A stretch of DNA of 63,810 nucleotides, the filler included, from Sphacelaria rigidula (taxonomy: Eukaryota): NCBI GenBank assembly GCA_964200075.2. It is 5 parts of 5 records of this genome, joined end to end, with 100 filler letters (N's around TTAATTAATTAA, not from the genome) between each part and the next. Parts side by side here need not be neighbours in the genome. Positions count along the whole stretch, not along the records: positions 51,130 to 63,810 come from CAXNAA020003508.1; 4 more parts are not named here. The stretch is one strand, 5' to 3'. The notes below the pieces were generated by a model that had not been told where the DNA came from, did no database searches, and saw nothing but the letters and a program-made list of their open reading frames with translations. Shown here in pieces: positions 51,335 through 63,810 of the stretch. Numbering within the stretch: position 1 is the stretch's first letter; each line of letters starts with the position of its first letter. A program made the position numbers and the translations under genes.

Positions 51335-54300
51335 GTGTATTCGTGCGAAACGGGAAATGTCCTTTTATCTCACGACGTTACGTCCCCACCGTCTGCCGTA
51401 GCTATCGTCGCCACGGAGGATTCCCGTGCTTCCGTCCTCCTCGCCGTCACGGACGACACTGTTCACCGATGGTATTTACCCCCGTTGCTAGCCGCCACCG
51501 GCGCAAGCGGCAGCGGCGGCAGTCCGTTCGGCCGTCACGATGTCGCGGCGGCAATCGGTGCAATCAGGGCGGTTGCAGCTTTTCCGGCGATGACTTCGAC
51601 GACGATGACGACATCGACTGATGATGCGCGTCGTACCGTGTCGGTAACAGCATCGGCGGCGGCATCGCCGGGTGTATCTTTGCGTCTCCCAGACTTCTGC
51701 AAGGCGTCCGGATTGACCGGATCGCCACCGAAGGGACCGAGGGAAAGTTTGACGCAGACGACGCCAACGACCGCGGAAGTAGGGGATGATGAGCGGGGAC
51801 GACGGCAACTTATGCTACTTGCTGGAGAGAGGGGCTTGGCCGCGGTTGATGCCGAGCGTGGCGCGCTGGTGGCGGAGATGGCTGGACATGACGGAGGCGT
51901 TTCTCACGTGGCCATAGCGCCCGATGGACGAACCTTTGTGTCAGTCGGCGAGGTGAGGAGAAGTGGGATACTAGGGGAGGGGCTTCAGAGGTGGTCAACT
52001 TTTCATGTTCGTTTAGTTCGATAAAGTAATGAACGCTTGAGACTGTGTTGAGGCGGGCAGTCGAGAAAATATATGCTTTCCTGGAAGAAGGGGGGGGGTG
52101 TACTCATGATCATGCATCTGGAAGAAGTCGGGGAGAGAAGACGAATACTTCCTGATGGAGGAAACGCGTCTGCATAGACATATGAGGGCAAGGAGGCGCA
52201 AAGAAACACCGTGTCGAATCTGCGTACCTAATGTGGGTTTGTGAGGATGGCGACAGCATACCACCATCAACTCAGCTGTGATAGCCGTCGGGTCTCAGTA
52301 TATGTACACATCGACAGTAACCACGATTGGAGAACGTGATTGGGCGGGTGCACATATGGTCCTGACAATAAACCGGCAACACACGGAACAAAATGTTTGA
52401 AGGTCGGATCGTGACACGCGCCTCTCAACCGCCTCGAGATCGTACTCGCCTTTCAAACTTGTTTGTTGCTATGCTCCTATTTTTCAGAAGTTCCGTGGAG
52501 CTGTCCACGTGTAAGCCCACGCACTCGGTCATTCTCCAACATCCGACGAGTAGCATACCCACATTTTTCGGGGCAGCTTTCGTTGTAGTCAGGTCACCCA
52601 GGCATTTCAAATTATACCATACACAAATTTTGTCTCTATTAAGGACAGGAAGGAGCTCTGTGACACAAGAAAGGTATTGCATACCTCCCGCTTGTCGAAA
52701 AAAGCTGCCGTTGACTCTGTTTTACTCCTGCGCGCTTCCATTTAGTCGTCCGTTGTGCAAAGGTGAGGACAGGACTGTTTTTTTCCCTTCGTTTTTCGCG
52801 CACGGCAATTCGAAAAACAGCTTTTCTAGGCCCACACTCTCATCACCTACGTCGGAGTAGAAAGCTTATTCATGTCATCCGCCCCCCTGCTTCCCCTACT
52901 TCCCCCCACCACGACGAGTAATACAGCATTGAGAGCAGGATTGGGAACGTATCCACTTAAAACAGAGACATGATGAATTGAAATGGCAATATAGCGTGAA
53001 GAACATGGAGATGGAGGAGTTGCCAGCCATAGATGATTGGGCTGTATGTAAGATAATGAAGGGGCAAGTAGGAATAACGTGGGGTAGAATAGTCGAGAAG
53101 GTATGGGAGGAGATAGGAGGAAACCAAGACGAAATATTGTCCATAGGTGAAGGCGACGAGTACAAGGCAAGAGTAAGAGACATGCTATAAATGAAAGGGA
53201 AAAAACGCTGAGACGGAGAGTAGAAGAGAAAAAGCACCTGAAGATATGCGGCGGGTTGAGAGATGGCATGGGAGTAAAACATATCTGCATTGCCCAAAAG
53301 ACTGCGAAATATTGAAACTGCGATTCCGGGGGGGGACCTGAACCTGCCAGAAAGAAGAAATACGCACATCAGTTGTCGAGAGGAGGAAGAAGATGCACAG
53401 AATTGCCCCTGTGGCAAAGCAGTAAAGAGTAGAACTAATGTAGTGGCAGAATGTGTACTATACAAGGACGGACGGGACGTGCTGGAGGGGAAAAAGTGAA
53501 AAATAAGCGAAGGTGTCATCAAATCGTTTGATGCATCAGACCGTGGGGAAAAAACGATGTCTATATTAGGAGATAAATGGTGGCCACAGACGGCGAAACA
53601 GGGCGGGGATGAGATATGTGACAGGTTTTCGTGTAATTTATTAAAAAAACGCACTGGGCGCCGAAATATTGAGGGTGTCACTATTAGGAGTAGGAACGGT
53701 GCCCCGTCTCGAACTGGATGCGTGGTCACTGAAAAAATGACCATAATAAAGTAAGCAACAAATGGGTATGCCCCCCCCCGCCCCCCCCCCCCAGCCGCCC
53801 CTCGCCACCCGTCCCAGTTTTATACACTAATCCACCACCGGCCGTACACTACCACATCTCAAATATGCTTGCATCCCAGGACAACGACCTCATCGAATGG
53901 GATGCGCAAACGCTCGCGAGTAAGGGTCGGCGGCGCCTGGAGGCCGAGGCTCGCGCGCTCGCGGTGAGCCCGGACTCGGCGCTGGTGGCCGTCCTGACAT
54001 TCGACGGCGCTTTCGTCTACGAGCTCGGCGCAGCGCCCGGCGCAGAAGAGATCGTGTCCTTCGCTCGCGACACGGGGGGTCGTTCGGGCTACCGGCAGCG
54101 TGATGATCCCGTGCAGGTGTGTTATATTCCAATGTTACCCTCGTGTTCGAGTGTGTGTCGGTGTGTTTTGGAACATGCTCTTTTTTATCTTCTACTTTTC
54201 GTCATGCTTTCGTCTCCCCTCTTTCCTAGGGACGAGTCCGCAGTTTCAAGGTAATAATCCATGTCCCCACGGTACACGCTTGACGTGTTGGCATCGCGGG

Positions 54301-57300
54301 TTGGATCATGACCAGCACTTCCGCACGATGTTGGCCCTAGTCAGATATCGTTTTTCCTCAAGTCGTCACATTTTCAACGGTGGAAGTCAGATACTTGCCA
54401 GTGAAAAAAACACGCAAACTCCCCAATCTTTCGGTCTCACAGGTTTTTAGTGACACCATTGGACCACAAGGTCATTCATCCGATGACAGATGCGTTGAAT
54501 ATTCCAATTATTGTGTATGATATTTCGGTACTTCGGAGCAGTTTTTGAACCATAACCGAAGATTGCCACATGGCGAGGTAGTGTCTCATCCCGACGGCCT
54601 CAGGGTATCTGAGTCGATTGCAATGGCCGCGTGGAAGGTACATCATATGTGCCTGTCTTATGGATTTTCAATTTCAGCTCATCATGTGAGACCCACGTCA
54701 GTGACCACAAGTCGTGTGCTGTATTTTGGCCGCTATTCGTGGGCCTTTCCAGGAGATCGGCGCTTTTTCTGCAATAATTACACTGTTTGTCCAACCGGTG
54801 TCCGGAGATCTCAGAGGAACACCTAGTGTTCCCTCTCTCTTTAGAATCACAGGTTTTCAAGCTGAAAAATGACTAAGTATACGGCAAATATGTTATCTTC
54901 CAATTCCACTGATGAAAGTGCATGGATCCTATATGAACATGATGTAAATATTCGCAAAAAAAACGTACGCGTGTATGAACCCGAGGGCGGAAATATTCGA
55001 TGTATACGTCATGAATGAGGGAAAAAATTGCAGGACCTATGGAGACCTATACTGTTGTCACTTTGTTGCCTCTTGATCGAGAGACAATCTTTTGTCCATT
55101 CAGCCATGAGTTTGTGGTCTGCTCGTGGGTATGTGTACGTTTTACAACCCTACGGTATACGTCCCCGAAACCGCTGTAGATTAGGTACGTGCTTGTTGGA
55201 AACTGTTTCTCGTTGAAGGCAGTCAACATCCGCGCAGCAGGTACCTCATGCATGACCATAGTTGGGGATCCTAACGCGAAACCGAAGTGGTATGTACGGA
55301 GATTGAAACAAGTTTTACCTCTTCTCTTCTGCCGGCGTGAAGAGCGATCAACCCTGTGACCACGGCTAGGTTTGGATCTTTACTGTAGAAGCTGTGTCCA
55401 GAACTCAATACACTGAAGTGGTCCATGTTGCATGCATGCTCTTGAAGGTATCGCACTGCGGTGTGTAGGGTTCAAAATGTACCATCTTGTTTTTTGTTCA
55501 GCCTGCGTCAGATTGAGTGTTTGAACGACTGAGGATCACGGAGCGTGGTTTTTGCCATTAGAAACAAGAAAGAAACGTCCGCAAGTATACTCGAAGAAGC
55601 GATATTGTGCTGCAAACTGTGTAGCCGGTCGCCCCGGTGACTCAGTTAGTGACCTCGTCACCCTCTGATGGTTGGGTTGTGGGTCCGAATCTAGGAGCGA
55701 TCTGGGATTTTTTCTCATGCCTAACAGTGGAGAGCGACTATGTCCTGGATACACAGAATTCGACTCGATGTTCGACGAGGGAAAGGGACTGCTGAACCCC
55801 TCTCGTGATGAAACATAAAGGCAACCACTGCATAAGGAAGGTGGAGATTGAAAACAAGGAAAAAAACAAATGCTCCTGTGTTGGCCTTCCCCCTGTGTGA
55901 CCCCGACCGGTGCGCCCACATATATACCGAAAGGAGTAGGCCGGCGTCCAGAGTAGATGAGATGACAACACAACGCACACACTGTGCCAGGGTGGGGCTG
56001 AATAGGCGCATCGACGAGCCTGTAAGCTTCCTGCACCCTCTATTTGAACTAGAATGTCATTTTCAGTGCAGCAAGCTAGCTGACAAAACACCAAACAATC
56101 CTCGTGGAGTCCTGATGTCTAGTGTCATGTGATGAACGACAAACGTGGCGGCACCAGCACATTGTCCCCCTCCCGTCTCCCCCCCTCCCCTCCCTAATCT
56201 TTCGTTCTATTCTTCCATCGGCGGTTGCTCTAATTATCCCCGCCCAACCAGCTCGCCTTCTGGGACAGCCACACCCTTGCGGTAGCTCTCAGCCGAGGGC
56301 GCATACAGCTCCGCGACGTGAGCCCTGGAAGAAAATATTCCATCAACTCCGTTCTTTCGACTAGATCCCCTGGCATGTCACAGTCGCAGTCGCCCGTTAC
56401 CGCCGACTGGATAGCCCACTGCGGTCCGGTCACGTGCATGGCGGCGCGTCCGACAGGCGTCCGCGCGGTGTCGGTAGCGGCCGAAACGCCTGCCACTGCA
56501 ACTGGTGGGTACAAGACCCGCCTCGGTAGCCGCTCTAGCCGCAGCCTCGGAAGGTTAGATCTCGGCGGAAGTTGGTCTGGGGCTGTTACCGCTTCGGCCG
56601 CTGTCGGGGGAGGCGGCGGCGGCGGTAGCTCACTGTACGCAAGGCCGCCGACGCTCGCGACGGGCGGCGGTGACGGAAAAGTCAAGGTTTGGACGGACGA
56701 AGGGTGGGTGGGGGGTGGCGCGGAAGGGCTGGAAAACGATTCTTTCTGCGGCGATGCAAACAGCGTCGGTGGACGAACGGGAAGCACCGGGCACGAGGGC
56801 GCCGTGCTAAGCGTGTGCTGGCACCCGGAGGGAGAGGTCATTGCGTCTTCGGGGCAGGACTGGGCCGTTTGGTTGTGGGATGCAGAGGGACGCGCCCTTT
56901 CATATTTACATGCTCACCGCCGATGGACGCAAGCTCTCACGTTTTCGGCGGCCGGGGATTTCCTGGTGTCTTGCGGCGCCGCTGAGTTCGAAGGTTGGGC
57001 GGTTGATGTGGCTGGCGGCAGCGATGATCGGCAAGTAATGCTTTGCTGGCGTCAGCCCCTGAGGCTTGTGGCTACTTCGGCGGAGGTACGACTGCAAGAA
57101 GAATGTAGAGCACGGACTTTGTAGCATTTGTTGAATACGTAAGCTATCGCGGCATGGACGATCGTTCCCGATCCTTGTCTGCTTCGTTTGTGTTTGGTTC
57201 TTCACCCTTGTTCGTTGACTTCGCCATACACATGAAGGAACCGTCTCGATCCACCCGTGGCACGCAGCAATGGCTGTAAAGAGCACTGACACTTTCTGCT

Positions 57301-60300
57301 TACTGCACGTCGTCTACGGCAACCAACAGTACGCACTCCATGCACACCTGTCACCCGCACGGTAGACTCGGGTAGATGGCAAAATCACTCAAGCGGTCAG
57401 TGCTCGAATTGCAACCAACGAAACGTTCCTCAACAGCAACGCGCCGTCCGCAACTCGAACTCTGCTGTGTTCGGGGTCGAGACCAGCGGATAGACACGTC
57501 TCGTCGCTTCCTTGTACACATCAATTATGCCATCCTGTAGCATGTGGAGTTCGAACACGAAGAAACAGAACAAACATTATTATTTCGCAAAATAAAAACC
57601 GTCGTCTGGGGGGTGCAGCTCGCAGACAGAGAAGGTCTACTACTCTGCGACAGGTTCGATTTGCCGGCATCGAGCACTTGATCGTATAGTAGCACGTTCT
57701 ATACATGGACTCCCGCCAAACACCGCTAGACACCCGTGTTGTAAAACGCAGCATCCTCCCTCCCCAATCCGCGAATACGTGTCTCCCCCTTCGTGCTCCC
57801 CTCCCATCTTGTTTCCTGTCAGATCGACGGTGCCATCGACCTCGCGCCAGAAGCTGCGCAAGCCCTTCACGAACGCGGGGCTACCGACAACGCCGTGAAG
57901 CCGGCGGTCGCCTTGGCCTACGCATCGTCAAGCGGAAACTTGTCGGCTACGGGTGACACAACGTTCCCGGGAACGACCGCGTCGAGGGCACGAGCGGCGA
58001 CAGCTCCGGGTGACATAACACTCTCTGGGACGACCGCGCCGAGGGCGCGAGCGGCGACACTCTCCGCCGCCGTATCCGGGGAGGAAGACTATGGCAACAA
58101 CAGCGGCAGTAGCGCCCCGTTGGCCGCGCCGCTGGCAGCCGCAGCACTACCACCAACGGCAGCAGCGGCAGCGGCAGCAGCAGCGGCAGCAATCGTATCG
58201 AGGGGAGCGGTGGTCGGCAAACTTGGCCATGAAGAGGCGGCGGCCGAGGCCGCCGCGGAAGATGAAGGAGGGGCAAGGCGGAGAGGGTTAGGTTCTGGCG
58301 TGAGTGCTCTCAGCGGGAGCAAGATTTCCACTTGCGATGTGATCGAGACGGATCGTTCGATCGACGGTGGTGCATCCATAGTCTGGCCTCGCGGCCAAGA
58401 CCTGGAGGCGAGGGACGACGAGGGGATGACTACCCTCGCGCTCGCCGCCAAGCACGGTATGGGACGCATGGCCGAGGGTCTGCTCGCTGCTGGGGCGGCT
58501 GTGGACGCGGAAGATTATCAGGGCTACACTCCACTCTGCTGGGTAAGTTGGGGGCGCTTCTTTCTGTTTCGTGTCATTGTGTGTTATTTTTTTATTTCAG
58601 TGCCGTTCTGGGTATCCTCAAAACTAGCTTGCTGTACGGCGGTGGTCCTCCTGCGCCGACCGATCATGGACCATACCATCTTGTAGCTGGCTTTTCGGAC
58701 ATTATTAAGTTTGCCTCCCCCACCCCCTCCTACCCTCTGTTTATTGCTATACATTTGTTGTAAGTTAACCAGAGGTGTAAATGTTTCCTTTGTTTGACAC
58801 GGTAGCATACCGTAATGACCTGTAAGTTGATATTATTTTGCCTGCTTATATGCTGCTACGTCACGTACTCTATCGAGCTCCTTCCTTCGGGCACCTCGTG
58901 TTTCATATTTTGTTGTTCTTGGACTGTCTTGTCTTGTTCGTTTTGACAGGCTGCGGCCGGTGGATACTCGACTATTCTCCGTTCCTTGCTCTTGTTCGGA
59001 GCCGAGAATGACGACAATCTATTTGAAGTGGATGGGGTGAGTGAATGGTCCAGCGCACTTCGTCCACTCAAAACGCGGACGTCAAAGTCCTTGCGTTTTG
59101 TTTTGTCTCGTTTTGTTTCGCGGCGCATCGTCGCCGAATGTTACCACCCCACAAACACAATGAGATTTTAGTATACTTCGATGACCCCTGCACGCCCGCG
59201 TGGGCTGTGGGGAAGACTTTACACCACATTTCACAGTGATTATCCGGCGATGAGGATCGATATATATATATATATATATATATATTTCCGAAATCGTAAC
59301 GTTTCTGCGAACAAACTCCCGCATGTTTTTCTTAACTCACTGTGCAATTCGGAGAAACCAAGTTTTCGTTCACGGATAATTTTTATCTACCACCTGTTGC
59401 TGTAAGAAGAGCTCTCTGCAAAGGGGGCATCCTTCGGTTACCTCTAACGCTCACGAGCTAGCAGTAGTTCTTGGTCCACGACGTGGAATTTCACATCAAC
59501 CGCTCGAGGCAGTGTCACATTTCCAGCCGGCGGGAGGTCAGGGCCGTCAAATACGAGGCTGAAGGGATGGCGACCATGTACATCTCAAGTACCCACAAAT
59601 GGCGCCCTTAGGTTCCTGTCTGTCGCTACGGAATCAGAATAGTCGGGTGATGTGCAAATATCGTCTACCCGGTGTCACTGAGATGTCGGCTCAACTAGTA
59701 CAAGGTGATGTTGATACTCACCCTTGTCGGTGTTGTACATACCGTCTTATTTCACGTAAGCATTAGTAAAGGCCTTGTTCTGCACCATGTTGCACTCCCA
59801 CACATCACGCAGTCGTCTATTTAACCCACTTAACACTTGTACATGTGGTTGACGTTGCCGTTCCAGTGGGATGGTCGTTGAGGGAGCAATCGCGGAGCGG
59901 AACTCATTCAACGGTGTGCTAATCTGTGGGTACTTGGGATCGCAAGTGGATCATGACCGTATTGGAGATTTGTAGCTCAAAAAATGATGACGGTGTCAGT
60001 ATTTTTGCTATTGTATGTCGCCTAGAACCTGTACTGATTTCGATATGTAAATAATCCAGCTACGACTTCAATCAGATTGTCCCGAGTCCGTAACAAAAAG
60101 CTAAGCATGTCGCAATATATTTGTATTATGCCACTATCGTGGTGAAGGGCTTGGTCACAACCATTAGTTCCGCCAGCCATGTAGGAAATCGAAAGCGATG
60201 GGCGAATGTCAATTCTATATCCTTGCACTACCGCATGCATTGTCAGGCACGTACAGTGTCTAGACAGGTATTAGTTGGTGCTCGAGACGACAGGCGTGAA

Positions 60301-62113
60301 GGTTGAGGGTGTTAAAAAAACTCTCTTGGCTAAATGCTATAACGTCGCTCTTCAGGCGGATCCCGACCACGCGACGGAAAGCGGCGACACACCTGCGATT
60401 TTGGCTGCCAGAGCTGGGCATCTCTGCGCCCTTGTTGAACTGGAAGCAGCCGGGGCTGACCTGGACAGAGGAAACTATATTGGCGAGACTCCACTGATAG
60501 TGGCCAGTGCCACGGGCAAAGTCGCCGAGGTGGCGTTTCTTTCCGGCCTGGTGGGGACGGATCTCAATAGGTAATCAGCAGGTTTCGCTGTGACTGCATT
60601 GGTTACTCGGGGTGTATTGTTTCCCGTCCTTGTTGTTGCCTTAGTTCTTTCGTCGCAAACGTTTTGATATCCTCGAATCACACCAGCTAAAGGGCTTACA
60701 GGTGGATTTTGGATCTTGCGCAGAATGTCCTGTCGAAACAACGGTTAAAGCCTTCACTTGAAGCTCTCACAGCACTTCTTGTTGGGGTAAGAATATACGC
60801 CTATTCTGGCTCGTTGGCGACGAAATTGCATGAAATCACGACCAGAGGGGTCAAAACAGTCTTGGCATGACTGTGCTCTCATACTCGTCTATATGAGATG
60901 ATCAAACCAATCTGGCCACTCTTGGTGCATGGTATTTGACCTTTTGACCATAAGAGGGTGTTTGAATACAATCATTGGAGGCGTGACAAAGTTTTAGAGG
61001 GGAAGCTCCAGACACGAGGCATCCTATGGTTCTGCGGTAAATTTGTTCCCCGGCCTGAATCTAATCTGCTGATCGATTGATTGTGGCACCGTAACTGATA
61101 CCCGTGTGCACCAAATGTCGCCAAAACTGTGCCGAAATGCTCGTAGGCAGGCCCCCTGGTTATTCTGAGGTTGGTATAATCTGTTGACCATGTTTTAATA
61201 ATCCGCAAGACTTCGCCGAAACAGGCAAACTGCTTAACGCAAGTATCTTCGTTCCCACAACAATATCTTTCTTAATTGTACCTCCCCCCCTGATGTCATC
61301 GAAGGTTTGAATTTCTCATGCATGTTGAATCCTAGTCTGCAATGACGCAACAAGTACATGACAAACATATACAAACATAGACCAACACACAACAAACCCA
61401 TGCCGAAAAAACGAAAAACAAGCAGGCGGGACGCCGAGGAGGGCTTCACGGCGCTAGCAGCAGCCGTCTTCAATGGACAAACCGAGTGCGCTCGCGTACT
61501 CCTTTCACGTGGCGCCGACTCTTCCATACCCACAGCAGACGGCCGAGCTCCCGTGTTTCTGGCAGCCTCAGTTGGCCACCTCCCCGCACTGCGCCTGCTT
61601 CTCACCACCTTCGGGCACGATCGAGGGGCTGAAGCCTGTCGGCCAGACGCGGCAGGCCGCACTCCGGTTATGGCGGCGGCCGCTAACGGTCACCTGGGCT
61701 GTCTGCGGGCACTCGTCGGTGCTGACGTTGGTTCCGACGGACACGGAACAACGCGGTCATTACCGCTCGGAAAACGTGGGAGTTTCGCGAGCAGCTTCGC
61801 GGGTGCAGAACGTTTGGATGACTTGTTGGTTGTGGAAGAACATGCGACGTCTGATGATGATGATGACGGCAGTGCTGATGGTGGTGCGGCAGAGGGTATC
61901 GATGCTGATGCGGCACCCGCGTGGGGAGGGCGTAAGCAGGGGTTATCAGAGGTCCTTCTGCCGATATCCGTGCCGCCTTCCGCTGGTGGCAGCGCTGCGT
62001 CCGGGGGAAACTTCGGTGGCAGCAGCAGTGGCGGCGGTAGCGCTTGTCGCTGTATCAACGATGTGGATAGCGAGGGTCGGAGTGCGCTCATGCATGCGTG
62101 CATGTTCGATCAG
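51335..62113 (+). CDS. WD40-repeat plus ankyrin-repeat protein, partial spliced gene
   Basis: Exons 51335-51952, 53880-54116, 56384(or 56390)-57085, 57823-58542, 58950-59036, 60356-60570, 61426-62113; GT-AG and phase-consistent. WD40 repeats GHDGGVSHVAIAPDGRTFVSVGE|DNDLIEWD and GHEGAVLSVCWHPEGEVIASSGQDWAVWLWD; ankyrin repeats GMTTLALAAKHG, GYTPLCW|AAAGG, GDTPAILAARAGH, GETPLIVA, GRTPVMAAAANGH. Confidence 0.88.
52910..53790 (+). mobile_element. 5'-truncated decayed LINE with C-terminal Cys knuckle and 3' tail
   Basis: Collinear with ~7315-8175; NCPCGKAVKSRTNVVAECVLYK (degenerate CCHC-type) and ILGDKWWPQTAKQ; C-rich sequence on both flanks. Confidence 0.9.
55627..55990 (+). mobile_element. tRNA-derived SINE family B
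   Basis: Head gccccggtgactcagttagt..ctctga..gggtccgaatct (degenerate A/B boxes) followed by the body shared with 11826-12352. Confidence 0.8.
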
Positions 62114-62422
62114 GTACATGTTTTGAGGGCCCGTGTTATCGAGTCCAAAAATGTGGGAACGCGACGTGATACTGAAAGTGATTGCGGCGGTTGGGGATTT
62201 TTGTTTTTATTTGATTGTTTCGATTGGCTTTGAGTTGATGCCACATTCTCACCTCCTCCCAAATCACTTTCACGAAAGTGAATATTTTGGGAATTACTTG
62301 TCGTGAGAGGTGGATAAACATTTGAGTGAGGATGCGAAGAGTAACGTCACATAATTGCAAGGCGTGGGCTGTTGGGGCTCTTCATGGAACAGATGGTGAG
62401 CCTCCCGTCACTAGCAGTAGCC

Positions 62423-63385
62423 ACGCTGGCTTCAATCCCATCACCAGCAGTAGCCACGCGTGGGAGATACACCCCACGTGCACAGCTCCCACAGAGAGAT
62501 GCGCACAGCTATATGTCTCAGAACTTCGCTGAGTAAGCAAGTATGGACCCATCGGCGGGTAGTATGTACCAGCGCTGTCCAGCACTTTGGCTATCACTCG
62601 TAAGGTGCATGGGTGTTGTCGCACGGTTGAAAGGTGGACCGTCTACGATGAAGAGCAGCAGCAGTAGCAGCACCGGCACCAGCTGATTCAAACCCACCCC
62701 AGCCGTAAAATTTACTGGCAATAAAGATGTTGCTGCTGCTGCTGCTGCTTCTCGTACGGGAGGCGGTCCGCGTTTCGACGTGCGACAATACCCATGCACC
62801 TGGCGCGTTATTGCCTCTTCTCTACTTGAAATCGACTCTGATGTGTTTGCGTCTTGTTACCCCCGTAGCATTTTCAAAACGAGTACATATCACTTGTTCT
62901 CCACTGTATTGGACGCTGGCTTTATTCCCATTACCAGCAGTGCCCACGCGTATGAGACACACCCGACGTGCACAGCTCGCACAGAGAGATGCGCACAGCT
63001 ATATCTTCCAGAACGTAGCCTAGTGGGGAAGCATGGACCCCTCGGCGGGTAGTACGGACCAGCGCTTTCCAGCACGGTGGCTATCCCGTGCAAGGTGCGT
63101 GGGCGTTGTAGCACAATCGAAACGCGAACCGTCTCTCCCATTAGGAAAAACAGCAGCAGCAGCAGCAACAGCAGCAGCGGCAGTATCGGCAACGGCTGAT
63201 TCAGACCCACCCCCAACCGCGTACATCTACTGGCAGTAGAGATGCTGCCGATGCTGCTGCTATTGCTTCTTCTCCTTCTCGTGCGGAAGACGGGTCCGCA
63301 TTTCGACCTGCGATAATATCCACACCCCTTGCGCGTGATTGCGGCCCTGCTTGAAGTCGCTGGTCTGTTCGCATGCTGTTACCGT
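62423..63385. repeat. Tandem duplication of a ~490-nt unit, each copy containing a long inverted repeat with CAG/CTG tracts
   Basis: Units start at 62423 and 62913 (acgctggctt..accagcagt..gcacagagagatgcgcacagctatat). Confidence 0.85.
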
Positions 63386-63637
63386 CACTGCGTCACTTGT
63401 TTCCCACCCCACATTAGAACGGCGCGTGATTTCTCGTGATGATGAAGTTGTGAACCATCACTTCACTATCACTATCACGAAACGATAATCATTTTCCTTG
63501 TTTCGTTAAAACACCGCCTGACGTACATAAATATGTATGCATTTGTGATATGATGGGATCCGGCACTGTAGGTCCTGGTTTATTCTGTGGGGACTTCCAG
63601 TCATGTGGTGTTTATACATCTTCCGTGTTGAAGGTGG

Positions 63638-63810
63638 CGTTGTACGTCGTACGTTGTACGTTGTACGTTGTACGTTGTACGTTGTACGTTGTACGTTGTA
63701 CGTTGTACGTTGTACGTTGTACGTTGTACGTTGTACGTTGTACGTTGTACGTTGTACGTTGTACGTTGTACGTTGTACGTTGTACGTTGTACGTTGTACG
63801 TTGTACGTTG
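63638..63810. repeat. (GTTGTAC)n heptamer tandem repeat at contig end
   Basis: About 24-25 near-perfect copies running to the end of the window. Confidence 0.95.

Noticed and set aside
52896-53744. 282-aa minus-strand ORF
   Set aside because: Antisense shadow of the purine-rich LINE fragment.
1664-62113. Functional gene cluster (trafficking, glycosyltransferase, RNA-binding, sulfur transport, WD40-ankyrin)
   Set aside because: Each gene is on a different contig joined artificially, so adjacency carries no information.
63638-63810. Telomere
   Set aside because: Unit lacks the G-run of canonical telomeric repeats and appears to be inside an intron.

Overview
Eukaryotic, intron-rich and repeat-rich DNA, most consistent with a brown alga or related stramenopile (inferred from gene structure, gene families and repeat types). 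The window is not one locus. It is five probably unlinked contigs of 12683, 12682, 12682, 12682 and 12681 nt, joined by identical 100-nt artificial spacers (N44-TTAATTAATTAA-N44). Each contig carries part of one spliced gene, reconstructed by hand with GT-AG boundaries and consistent phases: (1) TRAPPC9/Trs120 (+, 6 exons); (2) a GT77-like nucleotide-diphospho-sugar transferase (-, last 3 exons); (3) a CELF/Bruno RRM protein (-, first 6 coding exons); (4) a two-domain YeeE/YedE sulfur-transporter-family protein (+, 6 exons) with an intronic tRNA-Thr(AGT); (5) a WD40 plus ankyrin repeat protein (+, 7 exons). Introns are filled with decayed LINE copies, at least three SINE-like families, foldback/MITE elements and DNA-transposon remnants. 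The most interesting pattern is a LINE and a non-autonomous partner that share a 3' tail, end in C-runs rather than poly(A), and mostly lie with that tail pointing at a nearby exon boundary. Most ORFs in the supplied track are spurious. All family assignments come from motif recognition, not database searches.
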